From: a virus
Virus record (IMG/VR): IMGVR_UViG_3300028800_000004
Location: 1 to 64,000 of that record
Reading direction: 5' to 3' (one strand)
Length of the DNA: 64,000 nt
Shown: positions 38,566 to 48,096 of the stretch, piece by piece
Layout: each line of letters opens with the position of its first letter
Numbering within the stretch: the stretch's first letter is position 1
Made by a program: the position numbers and the translations under genes
Notes under the pieces: model-generated
Seen by the model: the letters and a program-made list of their open reading frames with translations, nothing else
Database searches by the model: none
Told to the model about the DNA's origin: nothing

Positions 38566-40638
38566 GTGTACCTTTATTTAGACACAGAATTTAGATCAGA
38601 ATTAGACCTTGAAGACGTTGGCCACTATAAGTATCTGAACCACACAAGTACAGAGCTTCTTATGGTGGCTTACGCTTTTGGGGATGAACCTATTAAGATT
38701 TGGGAAACCCATAAAGGCCCCATTCCAGAGGAGTTAAAGCAGGGTCTTGAGGACTACTTACAGATCATTGTTGCGTGGAACTCCGCCTTCGAGAGAATCG
38801 CTTTCCGTAGGCATTTAGGAATCAACATACCTCCTGAACGGTGGGAAGACCCGATGATCCGCTCTCGGTATATGTCTATGCCGGGAAGGTTAGAAAAAGT
38901 CGGCAAGATTCTAGATATCAAGGCCAAGAAGGTCACGGAGTTCTTTGTTAAAGAACAATCCATGATAAGCCTCTTCTCTTTTCCTTTACGGATGGGAGGA
39001 GATATAACGCTATGGGGTTTAGAACCAACAACATACAGGGACTGGGACACCCACCCGAAAGAGTGGGCCGCGTTCTGTGACTACTGCAAGACCGACGTGG
39101 CCGCGATGCGGGAAATCTTGTATCGGTTAGAAAAGTTTCCACTTCCGGACTTCGAGTACGAGCTATTCGCGCTCAATGAGGAGATCAACGACTACGGGAT
39201 ATACACGGATAAGATGCTGATCGAAGGCGCAGGGATCGTCGTAGATCGGGAATTTGCCGCGCTAAAGAAGGAGTTCACAGAGATCACGGGGTTAATAAAC
39301 CCTCGTTCGAACAAGTCCGTTCTGTTCTTTGCTAGGCAGCATGGGTATACCTTCTCTTCCCTGAACAAGCAGTATGTTAACAGAGCATTAAAAGGTGAGT
39401 GTACTCTAGACGCTTTGGGCCGACGAGCGTTGGAGCTACGTCTACAACTCGGTAAGAGTAGCGTTAGCAAGCTTGAGGCGGTCCGTAGCGCCGTCGAAGA
39501 TGATCGGAGGATACGTGGGCTGTTCAACTTCATGGGAGCGGCTAGAACAGGCCGCTGGACCTCGGGAATCGTGCAAGTACAGAACCTTGTGAAGGCGTCT
39601 AAGGAAGTCGAAGCGAACTTCGATCTTGCCTTGGATTTGCTTAAGGCCGGGAATTACGAACGAATTAAGCAGGAGTTCAAGAGTCCTATCGACGTAGCGG
39701 CCTCAGCCATACGCCCGATGCTCCGCGCTCCTGAGGGTAAGAAGTTCATTATAGCGGACTTAAACGCCATCGAGACTAGGGGAGCAGCATGGGTTGCGGA
39801 CTGCCAGCCTCTCATGGAAGTGTTTAGGCAGGGCAGATGCCCTTACATATCCTTTGCCGCCCAGATGGACCCATCCCGCAGCTATGATGAGTTATACAAG
39901 GAGTACAAAGCAGGCAACAAGACCACTCGTACTAACGCCAAGCCCCCTACCTTAGGGTGTGGGTACGGCCTTACTCCCGGCATCATCGATGTAGATGAGG
40001 ATGGTAACACGGTTAAGACGGGTCTGTTGGGGTACGCTGCGGCTATGGGTATCGAACTCCTCCCTGAGTACGCAGAGAAAGCTGTGCAAGTTTACCGGAA
40101 TGCCTACCGCGAGATACCTAAGTTCTGGTATGATTTACATGCGTGTGTAGTAGAAGTAATCGAGCACGGTGGGCTGGTACAGATCGGCCCCCTTACCATC
40201 GAGAAGATTGGGAGGGTGTTGTGTGTTTGGCTTCCGTCCGGTAGAGCACTACACTACATCAACCCGAGAGTAAGGGAAGTAGAGAGGGTATCGCTACGCA
40301 CTGGTAGACCCTACAAGACTACTGAGATTACTATTGAGGGGATAGATCAGAAGACCCACCAGTGGCAGGATATAACAACCCACGGGTCTAAGATTTTCGA
40401 GAACGTTGTCCAAGCAATTTGCAGGGACATACTCGGTCATGGTATGCTGGAAGCGAAACGTGATGGCTTCCCCATCGTCCTAACCTGCCACGATGAGATT
40501 GTGGCAGAGGTCGAGAACGGTTCTCCGTTAGGGGTACCAGAGCTAGTAGACTGTATGACTAGGAAGATTAGTTGGGCCGGAGGGTTTCTAACCGGAGCGG
40601 AAGGCTTCGAGACGGATTACTACAGGAAGGATGGGTAA
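38566..40638 (+). CDS. family A DNA polymerase with 3'-5' exonuclease domain
   Basis: Exo motifs LDTEF and WNSAFE. Pol motifs IIADLNAIETR (A), RTNAKPPTLGCGYG (B), LTCHDEIV (C). Confidence 0.9.
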   Translation: MYLYLDTEFRSELDLEDVGHYKYLNHTSTELLMVAYAFGDEPIKIWETHKGPIPEELKQGLEDYLQIIVAWNSAFERIAFRRHLGINIPPERWEDPMIRSRYMSMPGRLEKVGKILDIKAKKVTEFFVKEQSMISLFSFPLRMGGDITLWGLEPTTYRDWDTHPKEWAAFCDYCKTDVAAMREILYRLEKFPLPDFEYELFALNEEINDYGIYTDKMLIEGAGIVVDREFAALKKEFTEITGLINPRSNKSVLFFARQHGYTFSSLNKQYVNRALKGECTLDALGRRALELRLQLGKSSVSKLEAVRSAVEDDRRIRGLFNFMGAARTGRWTSGIVQVQNLVKASKEVEANFDLALDLLKAGNYERIKQEFKSPIDVAASAIRPMLRAPEGKKFIIADLNAIETRGAAWVADCQPLMEVFRQGRCPYISFAAQMDPSRSYDELYKEYKAGNKTTRTNAKPPTLGCGYGLTPGIIDVDEDGNTVKTGLLGYAAAMGIELLPEYAEKAVQVYRNAYREIPKFWYDLHACVVEVIEHGGLVQIGPLTIEKIGRVLCVWLPSGRALHYINPRVREVERVSLRTGRPYKTTEITIEGIDQKTHQWQDITTHGSKIFENVVQAICRDILGHGMLEAKRDGFPIVLTCHDEIVAEVENGSPLGVPELVDCMTRKISWAGGFLTGAEGFETDYYRKDG

Positions 40639-40890
40639 ATGTTTTGGGATAAAAGGTGCGACCAATGCAGCACTAAAACTAAAGAAAAATGTCTATGCCG
40701 TACCTGCCGCGAGAACAGGAACCACGATTGGTGGAGATTGGGATATGTAAAAGGGTTAGAAAAAGCGAAGCAAAACAAACTACCCCAAGATGTTCTCAAG
40801 AAAATGCTGGTTTTGTGCCATCCCGATAAGCACGGTAACTCCCCTGTTTCTAACGAAGTAACTAGGTGGCTTTTGGAGAGGAGAAAGTAA
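40639..40890 (+). CDS. small Cys-rich protein with J-domain-like HPD segment
   Basis: CDQC...CLCRTC, then LKKMLVLCHPDKHGNS. Confidence 0.5.
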   Translation: MFWDKRCDQCSTKTKEKCLCRTCRENRNHDWWRLGYVKGLEKAKQNKLPQDVLKKMLVLCHPDKHGNSPVSNEVTRWLLERRK

Positions 40891-41342
40891 TGTCGAAGAT
40901 GAATAGGTTGGGTAATGTTACCAACAAGTATCAAGGGGATTTCAAAAGAGTTCTATGTGTTTGTTCGGGAGGGATACTTAGATCGCCTACCACTGCCGTT
41001 GTGTTATCTCAACCTCCCTACAACTACAATACCAGAGCCGCAGGAACAGACCAAGAGTTTGCCCTCGTGCCTGTCGATGACGTTCTCATTGAGTGGGCAG
41101 ACGAGATCGTGTGCATGGAGAAGGAGCACGAGGAAGCGTTAAGAAGTAAGTTCAAGATCGAAGCTCCCATCTACGTGCTGGGTATCGAAGATAGGTATCC
41201 TTACAGAGACCCCCTGCTAATCAGCCTTATCACCCAGAACTACAATGACATACAGATAATGAAGATGGGACTGGGGCCTAAGTATACGGTAGGGGACCAC
41301 ATCAACGAGAAAGGTTTGAAAAAGCTAGATGAAGAAGGATAA
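40890..41342 (+). CDS. low-molecular-weight phosphotyrosine phosphatase / ArsC-fold protein
   Basis: VLCVCSGGILRSPT is a CX5R(S/T) P-loop at the N-terminus. Confidence 0.65.
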   Translation: MSKMNRLGNVTNKYQGDFKRVLCVCSGGILRSPTTAVVLSQPPYNYNTRAAGTDQEFALVPVDDVLIEWADEIVCMEKEHEEALRSKFKIEAPIYVLGIEDRYPYRDPLLISLITQNYNDIQIMKMGLGPKYTVGDHINEKGLKKLDEEG

Positions 41343-42258
41343 TCCTTTGTTCGCCATAGCAGCCGACAACTACGTGAATGAAATCTTGGGGTTGAACAAG
41401 TACGGCAGCTTTAAGTCTAACAAAAGAATAGTCAAACATCTAATACAAGAGTTCGGTCACAAGCGGGTGCAGAGCGTAACGCGCCAAGATATCCAGAGGT
41501 ATATCGGTAAGTTAAACGAAACAATGGGCACTGAGTATCTCCGCCATCACCTCAGTACGTTTCGTGGTATAATGGAGTATGCCGACGACGACTGGGTAAT
41601 GCCAAGGGTAAAACTGCCCAAACGAATCAAGCCGAAGCAGGATTTTTACTCGTTCGAAGAAGCCCGAAAACTGATGGAAATAACCTCTGGTCAGGATAAG
41701 GTTTTGGTCATGGTACTGGCAGAGACTGGTTGTAGGTTAGGGGAAGCATTGGCTTTAACCCCGGATGATATAAAACCGTACGAGGTCAACATCACTAGGA
41801 ACGTGTACGAGGGGTTCGTGCAGGATACACCGAAGACAGATTCCAGTATCCGGAAAGTTACAATCTCTGAAAGACTTTACAATCAGATACTTACACTGAA
41901 GAGAAAACAAAACGAGTTTATTTTCCAGAGTAAGACCGGGAGGCCGGAGTGGCCACAGATTCTAAGTGTAAGATTCCGGGAGATTTGTGACAAGCATTCG
42001 GTGGAATACAAAGGGTTCCACGCATTCCGCAGAGGGAACATCACAGAGTTGTGTACGGTAATTGGAATCCCTGAACGCATCGTGGGTGTTAGGGTCGGGC
42101 ATTTATCAAGCGGCACCACCCTCGGGGTGTATTGCAAAACTTTGCCGGGGTGTGATAAAATCTGGATTCCAGAGATTGAAAAAAGATTGTACTTGACAGA
42201 AGACAAACGAAATGATAGCGTAATTAGAGAGGAAATAAATGGCATTACCGACAATTAA
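41329..42258 (+). CDS. tyrosine recombinase (phage integrase family)
   Basis: ETGCRLGEAL (Arg), GFHAFRRG (H-x-x-R), GHLSSGTTLGVY (His...Tyr). Confidence 0.8.
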   Translation: MKKDNPLFAIAADNYVNEILGLNKYGSFKSNKRIVKHLIQEFGHKRVQSVTRQDIQRYIGKLNETMGTEYLRHHLSTFRGIMEYADDDWVMPRVKLPKRIKPKQDFYSFEEARKLMEITSGQDKVLVMVLAETGCRLGEALALTPDDIKPYEVNITRNVYEGFVQDTPKTDSSIRKVTISERLYNQILTLKRKQNEFIFQSKTGRPEWPQILSVRFREICDKHSVEYKGFHAFRRGNITELCTVIGIPERIVGVRVGHLSSGTTLGVYCKTLPGCDKIWIPEIEKRLYLTEDKRNDSVIREEINGITDN

Positions 42259-43006
42259 CATCAAGGGTAAAGAGTATACAATGGTCAAGGACCGTATACT
42301 TTTCTTCAATGAAACCTACGAAAACGGAAGCATCACCAACAGACTTGTGTCAGCACCCGATGATCCTAGAGTAGTCATTGAGTCCACAGTAGTTCCAGAC
42401 GTGTCAAACCCTCACCGTTATTTTAGGGATTACTCCCAAGCGGTAGTGGGTGACGGTCTGATTAACAAACAAGCGGCTCTAGAGAACGCTTCTACCTCAG
42501 CGGTGGGTAGAGCATTAGCTCTAATGGGCATTGGAGTTATCGAGAGCGTAGCCTCCGCAGACGAGATCAAGAAAGCGACTTCTTTCGGCAAGCCGGTGAA
42601 CACGGTGGCACAGGTAGAGAAGGCTACCAGTAAATCAACCAGCTTTGAGTACGGGGCAAACAGGGTAAACCCGGAGATCACGGACGATGATATTCCTAAG
42701 TTCGACGGTCCGGTGAGAACGACTGAGAACTTATCCCCAGAAGCAGTAGCTGTGGCGGATCATCTTATTCATTTTGTTCCTCTAACCCAAGATAGAAACA
42801 AACAGATTCAGGATAGACTTGCCGAGTTAGTGAAAGCTAAGACGTTGGACAGACGTAAGTTGCAAGTGTTTCTAGATAAAGAGCATGACGGCAAACGTAG
42901 CATCGATGTTCCGGCTGATAAGTGGGAGCAGACCATTAAGAAGATTGAGGACGCCGTTAAGGACGGAGCAGAGTCTATCAAGACGCTGTTTAAGAAGGGG
43001 GACTAA
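42239..43006 (+). CDS. Rad52/Sak-like single-strand annealing protein
   Basis: KGKEYTMVKDRILFFNE...ENASTSAVGRALALMGIG resembles the conserved core of phage Rad52-type annealases. Confidence 0.5.
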   Translation: MALPTINIKGKEYTMVKDRILFFNETYENGSITNRLVSAPDDPRVVIESTVVPDVSNPHRYFRDYSQAVVGDGLINKQAALENASTSAVGRALALMGIGVIESVASADEIKKATSFGKPVNTVAQVEKATSKSTSFEYGANRVNPEITDDDIPKFDGPVRTTENLSPEAVAVADHLIHFVPLTQDRNKQIQDRLAELVKAKTLDRRKLQVFLDKEHDGKRSIDVPADKWEQTIKKIEDAVKDGAESIKTLFKKGD

Positions 43007-43302
43007 TGCTGACCAAAGCTGAGGAGGAAAGACTAAATCTTTTACAAGAGGAGTGCGCTGAGATTATTCAGGCAGTCAGTAAGATAAAGAGATTTGGTTT
43101 CGACTCTAAGAAGCCGCGAGACCCGGACGGACCAAACAACAAAGAGCATTTGGAAACAGAACTGGGAGGGTTAGCAGCGGTTCTCGACCTTATGATCGTA
43201 GCTGGGGATGTTGATGAAGAACACTGCGAGGCCGCTCAAATGGCCAAAGCGTGTAGCATCCATACTTACACCAAACACCAAGGAGAGGAATGCGAAGCAT
43301 AG
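43006..43302 (+). CDS. MazG-like nucleotide pyrophosphohydrolase
   Basis: LLQEECAEIIQA (EExxE) and ELGGLAAVLDLM helices. 98 aa. Confidence 0.55.
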   Translation: MLTKAEEERLNLLQEECAEIIQAVSKIKRFGFDSKKPRDPDGPNNKEHLETELGGLAAVLDLMIVAGDVDEEHCEAAQMAKACSIHTYTKHQGEECEA

Positions 43303-43478
43303 GGAACGGCATAGTCGGATTACTTAACTTACTACTAGCAGTTGTGTTGGCGCACGACCTTCTTGTGGGCGTTGGGAATGTCGGCATAGACATAGGCTTA
43401 CTCATTGGCAATCTTTTATTCAGTGGGATCAACTTATTCATTTTTATCAAAGCAAATAAGGAGAACAATGTCGGTTAA
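43290..43478 (+). CDS. small membrane protein
   Basis: 62-aa Gly/Leu/Ile-rich ORF. Confidence 0.4.
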   Translation: MRSIGNGIVGLLNLLLAVVLAHDLLVGVGNVGIDIGLLIGNLLFSGINLFIFIKANKENNVG

Positions 43479-43839
43479 TTCAATCGTAGTTTCGGGTCGT
43501 CTTGGGAAAGACCCCGAGTTGAGATCAACAAGTGGCGGCAAAAGCGTTGCCGGATTTACGCTAGCAGTGGACGAGGGGTACGGAGAGCACAAGAAAACCA
43601 TCTGGCTTTACTGTGAGGTCTGGGGTAAGACTGCGGAAGCTGTTGCCAGACTCGTTACCAAAGGCAAGCGTGTTGTGGTTACTGGCCGGTTGTCCGAGGA
43701 CAAGTGGACGGATAAGCAATCCGGTCAGGAGCGTAGCAAGCCCAAGGTAATTGCGAACGAAGTTGAGATTGTTGACTTCGCGGACAAGGATCAGGCAGAC
43801 GGGCACGGAGAGGTTTCGGATGACGATATCCCTTTCTAA
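43468..43839 (+). CDS. ssb: single-stranded DNA-binding protein
   Basis: NSIVVSGRLGKDPELR... OB-fold signature and an acidic DDDIPF tail. AAGGAGAACA precedes the ATG. Confidence 0.9.
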   Translation: MSVNSIVVSGRLGKDPELRSTSGGKSVAGFTLAVDEGYGEHKKTIWLYCEVWGKTAEAVARLVTKGKRVVVTGRLSEDKWTDKQSGQERSKPKVIANEVEIVDFADKDQADGHGEVSDDDIPF

Positions 43840-43975
43840 GCAGCCTAGTTGGGACGACTTCCTCCGGGAACGGCACCGGAGGGAGGACGAAGGCGTAGCT
43901 AAGAAGTACACCCGGTATGTGTATTTAGGCAGGGGTCACTTCAGAACCGATATTTGCCGGGTGCAGGAGTATTGA
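43820..43975 (+). CDS. hypothetical small protein (51 aa)
   Basis: Coupled ATGA start inside the ssb tail. Confidence 0.35.
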   Translation: MTISLSKQPSWDDFLRERHRREDEGVAKKYTRYVYLGRGHFRTDICRVQEY

Positions 43976-44148
43976 TGTTTGGTTTCTGGTACTGGGCGGT
44001 TTTCGCGGTAAGTTTGTTTATCATCGGAGGACTCGGAAATGTAATCCGGAGAGAGTACGGGAATGTGTATTGGGTCGTGTACTTGATTCTGGTGTTTATT
44101 TACGGGTTCAATTATTCAACAATTTGGAATGTGTTAGGTGGACAATGA
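43975..44148 (+). CDS. small membrane protein (57 aa)
   Basis: MFGFWYWAVFAVSLFIIGGL... Confidence 0.45.
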   Translation: MFGFWYWAVFAVSLFIIGGLGNVIRREYGNVYWVVYLILVFIYGFNYSTIWNVLGGQ

Positions 44149-44813
44149 GAAATGCAACAAGAATATTGATCGTGTTAGACCGATCTGGTAGTATGGAGTT
44201 AGCTAGAAAATCTACGATAAGTGGATTGAACGAGTTTATCTCCATGCAAAAACAAAACAAAGGGGATATCTCTCTCAAGCTGATTCAGTTTGATTCGGAC
44301 TCCGCGAACAACTTGAGTTACGAAGTCACTCTCGATAAACCGATTCAGGATATTAAACCCTTGACCGTCGAAGACTTCCAACCGAGAGGCGGGACTCCAC
44401 TTCTGGACGCCCAAGGAAAGACAATTACTGAATTAGGAAAAGAGCTAGCCAATCTCCCTGAATGGGCACGCCCCGACAAGGTGATTGTGGTTACTATCAC
44501 AGACGGGTATGAGAATACCAGCAAGAAGTATTCGAACCATAAAATCCGTGAAATGATTAAGCACCAGACGGAGAAATACAACTGGGATTTCGTTTACCTC
44601 GGAGCTAACCAAGACGCCGTAGCAGTGGGTCAGTCGATGGGATACTCCGGTTCCAAGTCCATGAGTTATAGCGTGTGCGACCCGGCTGCGGTTGCAAACA
44701 CATACGCTAACTTAGGGCAGTATGCAACTAGAGCAGTAGCTGCCGGATCAGCAGGGTTAGCGAGTAATCAGTTCGAAGACGAGGAGCGTTCTAGTTCTCT
44801 GACGGGCAAGTAA
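44145..44813 (+). CDS. vWA-domain protein
   Basis: LIVLDRSGSM, GGTPLLDA, VTITDGYENTS: a full MIDAS pattern. Confidence 0.7.
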   Translation: MRNATRILIVLDRSGSMELARKSTISGLNEFISMQKQNKGDISLKLIQFDSDSANNLSYEVTLDKPIQDIKPLTVEDFQPRGGTPLLDAQGKTITELGKELANLPEWARPDKVIVVTITDGYENTSKKYSNHKIREMIKHQTEKYNWDFVYLGANQDAVAVGQSMGYSGSKSMSYSVCDPAAVANTYANLGQYATRAVAAGSAGLASNQFEDEERSSSLTGK

Positions 44814-44967
44814 GTAAATATTTCTCTGTGGCGGAATAGAAGTTTGCTGAATATCGGACCCGATCACGTCCGGAATAAGCTAAATAGTAGACGCTAGGGT
44901 TAGCTCGTGACGGTGAGAGCCGTAGTGGACACCCCGAAACTCATAAAAGAAATCCACACAAAAGGTT

Positions 44968-46770
44968 ATGTGGGGTGGATACTGGAATCCCCACCGGAGA
45001 GATATGTTAGACGAAGATCAGCAAAAGATAGTCAACCTTAAGAACGGCAACTACGCGGTGATGGCTGGCGCAGGATCGGGTAAGTCAACCGTCCTGCTTC
45101 ACCGCTGTGGGAGTCTTAACAACGAGGGAGAGAAGGATATAATCTGTGTCACGTTCACCAGCGAAGCGGCAAAGAATCTTAGGACGCGCAGTAGTAAGCT
45201 ATTCCCTACCCTTGATTCTAATATCTTTTGTACTTTACATTCTTTGGCTTTGCGTTTCGCTTACGATCACTCAGACGCTTTCCCCTTTAAACTAGCCGAT
45301 AATATATTAGCCGAGGACGGCGTAGCCGCCAACATGATCTTCCGGATCATAGGCGACAAGATTAACTTCAAGGCGTTTACGACTTGGGTTAGTCTCCAGA
45401 AGCGTAACCGGGTATCATACACTGACGCTATCATCAAGGGGGATAAGCCCGACTTCGCAGCGGCGTACAAAGCGTACGAGGCAGCAAAGAGAAAAGTGGG
45501 TATCCTAGACTTTGATGACCTGATATACTACATGGTAGAGTTACTAGAGACCCGCCCGGATATCCGGTCTAAGTGGCAGTATAAATGGGTGATGATGGAC
45601 GAGGCGCAAGACGCCTGCGAGTTAGATTGGAGGATGCTGCAATTACTAACAGAGAAGCACCAAAACCTGATGTGCGTGGGAGACGCGGGACAGGCATTGT
45701 TTGGTTTCCGTGGGGGGATTGCGGGTCATTTCCTGAATATGGACGAGCTTTTCCCTACTACCTCGAAATTATATCTTGGGAACAACTACAGAAGCACCCA
45801 GAGTATTGTAGATTTTGGTAAGCAAGCGTATCCGTATCCGGAAATATCCACCAAGTTCCGGAGCATGTCTTCAGAGATAGGCGTGGAGCCGGTGGTTACT
45901 ATGTACTCTACAGACTACAGGGAGGCGCAGGAGGTAGTGGGGAGTATTACACAGTACAACCCTGACTCGTGTGCTATCTTAGCGAGAACCAACTTAGCTC
46001 TACGACCTTTCGAGGAAGCTCTGCTGGACGCGGGGCTGGAGTATTACGTTCTAGGAGACTCAGGATTCTGGGAATCTCCCGAGGTTAAGAACGTGCTATA
46101 CTGGATACGTTGCTGCGCGATGCTCACAGACAACTCTGTGATCGGGGCTATCCGTACTCCGTTCTGGCCAACTAAGTACCTGAAGAAAAGGATCATAGTC
46201 GAGAAGATTACAGCACGTACGGACGCAGGGGAGACGGCGTGGGAAGCCTGCAAAAACATCTACGAGTTATCCACCTTCCGGAATTTCTTAGGCGGGTTGT
46301 TTAAGTACCAGTATCTCCCGGCAGACGAAGCAGTTAAGGGAATCATAACCGAGCTTAAGGCTGTAGAGTTTTACAAAGAAGAAGATAACATAAGCCCAGA
46401 CAGGGACCCGGTTGCAAACCTTCGAGAGTTATCTCATGCCGCACGCCGGTTCGGAAACCTAGCGGACTTCATAGACTTCATTAGACGGCTTCAGTATATT
46501 CGTAAGAATCGTAAGGGGGTATGTCTTAGTACGATACACGCTTCGAAGGGTAAGGAGTGGCCTCATGTGTTTGTCGTGTCGGTTAACGAGGGAATCCTTC
46601 CTCACTCCAAGTCTGAAAACATTGAAGAGGAAAAGGCTTGTTTCTTTGTTGGGGTATCCCGAGCGGAAGAGACACTTAACGTAAGCTACTACGGGGCACG
46701 TAGTAGATTTTTAACACCTTGGATGAATCGAGAAGATGGCGTACTTATACAAGAACCCGAAAGGGTATGA
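44968..46770 (+). CDS. UvrD/PcrA-type SF1 helicase
   Basis: AGAGSGKST Walker A, VMMDEAQD, GDAGQALFGFRG, TIHASKGKEW. Start may be the ATG at 45004. Confidence 0.85.
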   Translation: MWGGYWNPHRRDMLDEDQQKIVNLKNGNYAVMAGAGSGKSTVLLHRCGSLNNEGEKDIICVTFTSEAAKNLRTRSSKLFPTLDSNIFCTLHSLALRFAYDHSDAFPFKLADNILAEDGVAANMIFRIIGDKINFKAFTTWVSLQKRNRVSYTDAIIKGDKPDFAAAYKAYEAAKRKVGILDFDDLIYYMVELLETRPDIRSKWQYKWVMMDEAQDACELDWRMLQLLTEKHQNLMCVGDAGQALFGFRGGIAGHFLNMDELFPTTSKLYLGNNYRSTQSIVDFGKQAYPYPEISTKFRSMSSEIGVEPVVTMYSTDYREAQEVVGSITQYNPDSCAILARTNLALRPFEEALLDAGLEYYVLGDSGFWESPEVKNVLYWIRCCAMLTDNSVIGAIRTPFWPTKYLKKRIIVEKITARTDAGETAWEACKNIYELSTFRNFLGGLFKYQYLPADEAVKGIITELKAVEFYKEEDNISPDRDPVANLRELSHAARRFGNLADFIDFIRRLQYIRKNRKGVCLSTIHASKGKEWPHVFVVSVNEGILPHSKSENIEEEKACFFVGVSRAEETLNVSYYGARSRFLTPWMNREDGVLIQEPERV

Positions 46771-47845
46771 AGTCAGATCGCACAGTCACTCTGGTGGCGC
46801 GGATTGGTCCTGCCCTAAAAGGTACTACTGGAAGCGGGTAGAGGGTTGGCAGAACAAAGAGGACGGTGCCCCTCAGCAATTCGGGAAGTGTACCGAAGCG
46901 GCAATTCAGTACTTCCACCAACAGGGATTCGTCGCGGGGACGGGTGTGGAGGAATTCAAAAAACTTTGGTGGAACTTCAAGGACGACAACAGTTTAGTCT
47001 ACACAGAAAAGTCTGGTAACTGGGACGACTTCTATCGCTGCGGGGTCGAGTTGATAACCCTGTACGAGTTAACATACCAAGACCTTCCTATTACCAACGC
47101 TAGGTTTCAGGTAGAGTTCAAGAAAGATTTGACCACGGATGGGTTGCAGTTCCGAGCAATCATCGATATGCTTTGTATTGCCCCCAATAAGCACCCATCT
47201 TTACCGGCGCAGGAGGGGGAAGATTTCCGGGAGTTCGTGGTGGATATCAAGACTTCCACGGCAAGCTACTACACCGACCCTAGACTCTCTTCGCTGGACG
47301 ATCAGCTAAGGGACTATGCTTGGATGACTGGGTGTTCGACGGTGGCCTTTCTGGTACTGGTAAAGAACCACACTAGCATAGGAACCGGAGATTGGATCAC
47401 GGTTTTATACGGCCCCAAGAAGGGGAAGAAGTACCAAGTCTTCGACGCCAAAGACGATAAGATACTTGTCCTACCCAAGGATATGTACGAGGAGTACCAG
47501 TCCAGAAAAAAGGATATCAAAGGCAAAGGGTCGAAGGAAAGAACCGACGCCCTACTCACAGAGTACTTTTATAAGGGTCTTTCTTTTCAACGACACGAGA
47601 TCACCAAACAAAAGATACAGTTCCTTCCTGCTATAATCAGCAAAGAAGACGCGGCTGAGGCTAAGCGAGAGGCTATCCATGAAGCAATGGACATATCGAA
47701 ACATGGGACTGAAGGATATTGGCCTAAGCGCCCCGGCGTTCGTTTTCCTCACAATCCTTGTACTACTTGCGATTGCTTGGGATTGTGTATCGGGGATCAA
47801 GAAATGGTTCAGCAGAAGCTAGTACAGATAGGAGGGGTATTTTAG
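46736..47845 (+). CDS. PD-(D/E)XK nuclease, Cas4/RecB-like with Cys cluster
   Basis: N-terminal WSCP, IIDML...VVDIKTS core, C-terminal CTTCDCLGLC. Confidence 0.65.
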   Translation: MAYLYKNPKGYEVRSHSHSGGADWSCPKRYYWKRVEGWQNKEDGAPQQFGKCTEAAIQYFHQQGFVAGTGVEEFKKLWWNFKDDNSLVYTEKSGNWDDFYRCGVELITLYELTYQDLPITNARFQVEFKKDLTTDGLQFRAIIDMLCIAPNKHPSLPAQEGEDFREFVVDIKTSTASYYTDPRLSSLDDQLRDYAWMTGCSTVAFLVLVKNHTSIGTGDWITVLYGPKKGKKYQVFDAKDDKILVLPKDMYEEYQSRKKDIKGKGSKERTDALLTEYFYKGLSFQRHEITKQKIQFLPAIISKEDAAEAKREAIHEAMDISKHGTEGYWPKRPGVRFPHNPCTTCDCLGLCIGDQEMVQQKLVQIGGVF

Positions 47846-48096
47846 TGTGGGTTTTTGTAATACTTTATATACTCCAAGTATTCCTAGCTCCTTACGCTTT
47901 GATTAGAAGGGTAAGGCGTTTGGAGGACGTGTACTTACTCGAAGTAATTTTTTTCGTTATGATAGGGTTGCTACCTTTCGTGGGAGCCGCAGTGGTAGCA
48001 CTCTCTCTACTTCTGGACAGTCCTGCTTTCACCAAACCGTTGATAAAGAAATACGAGACTGAGTACGACGTTAAACCCAAGATCAAAAAGATATGA
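47845..48096 (+). CDS. small membrane protein
   Basis: GTG after GGAGGGG. Two TM segments. Confidence 0.45.
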   Translation: MWVFVILYILQVFLAPYALIRRVRRLEDVYLLEVIFFVMIGLLPFVGAAVVALSLLLDSPAFTKPLIKKYETEYDVKPKIKKI

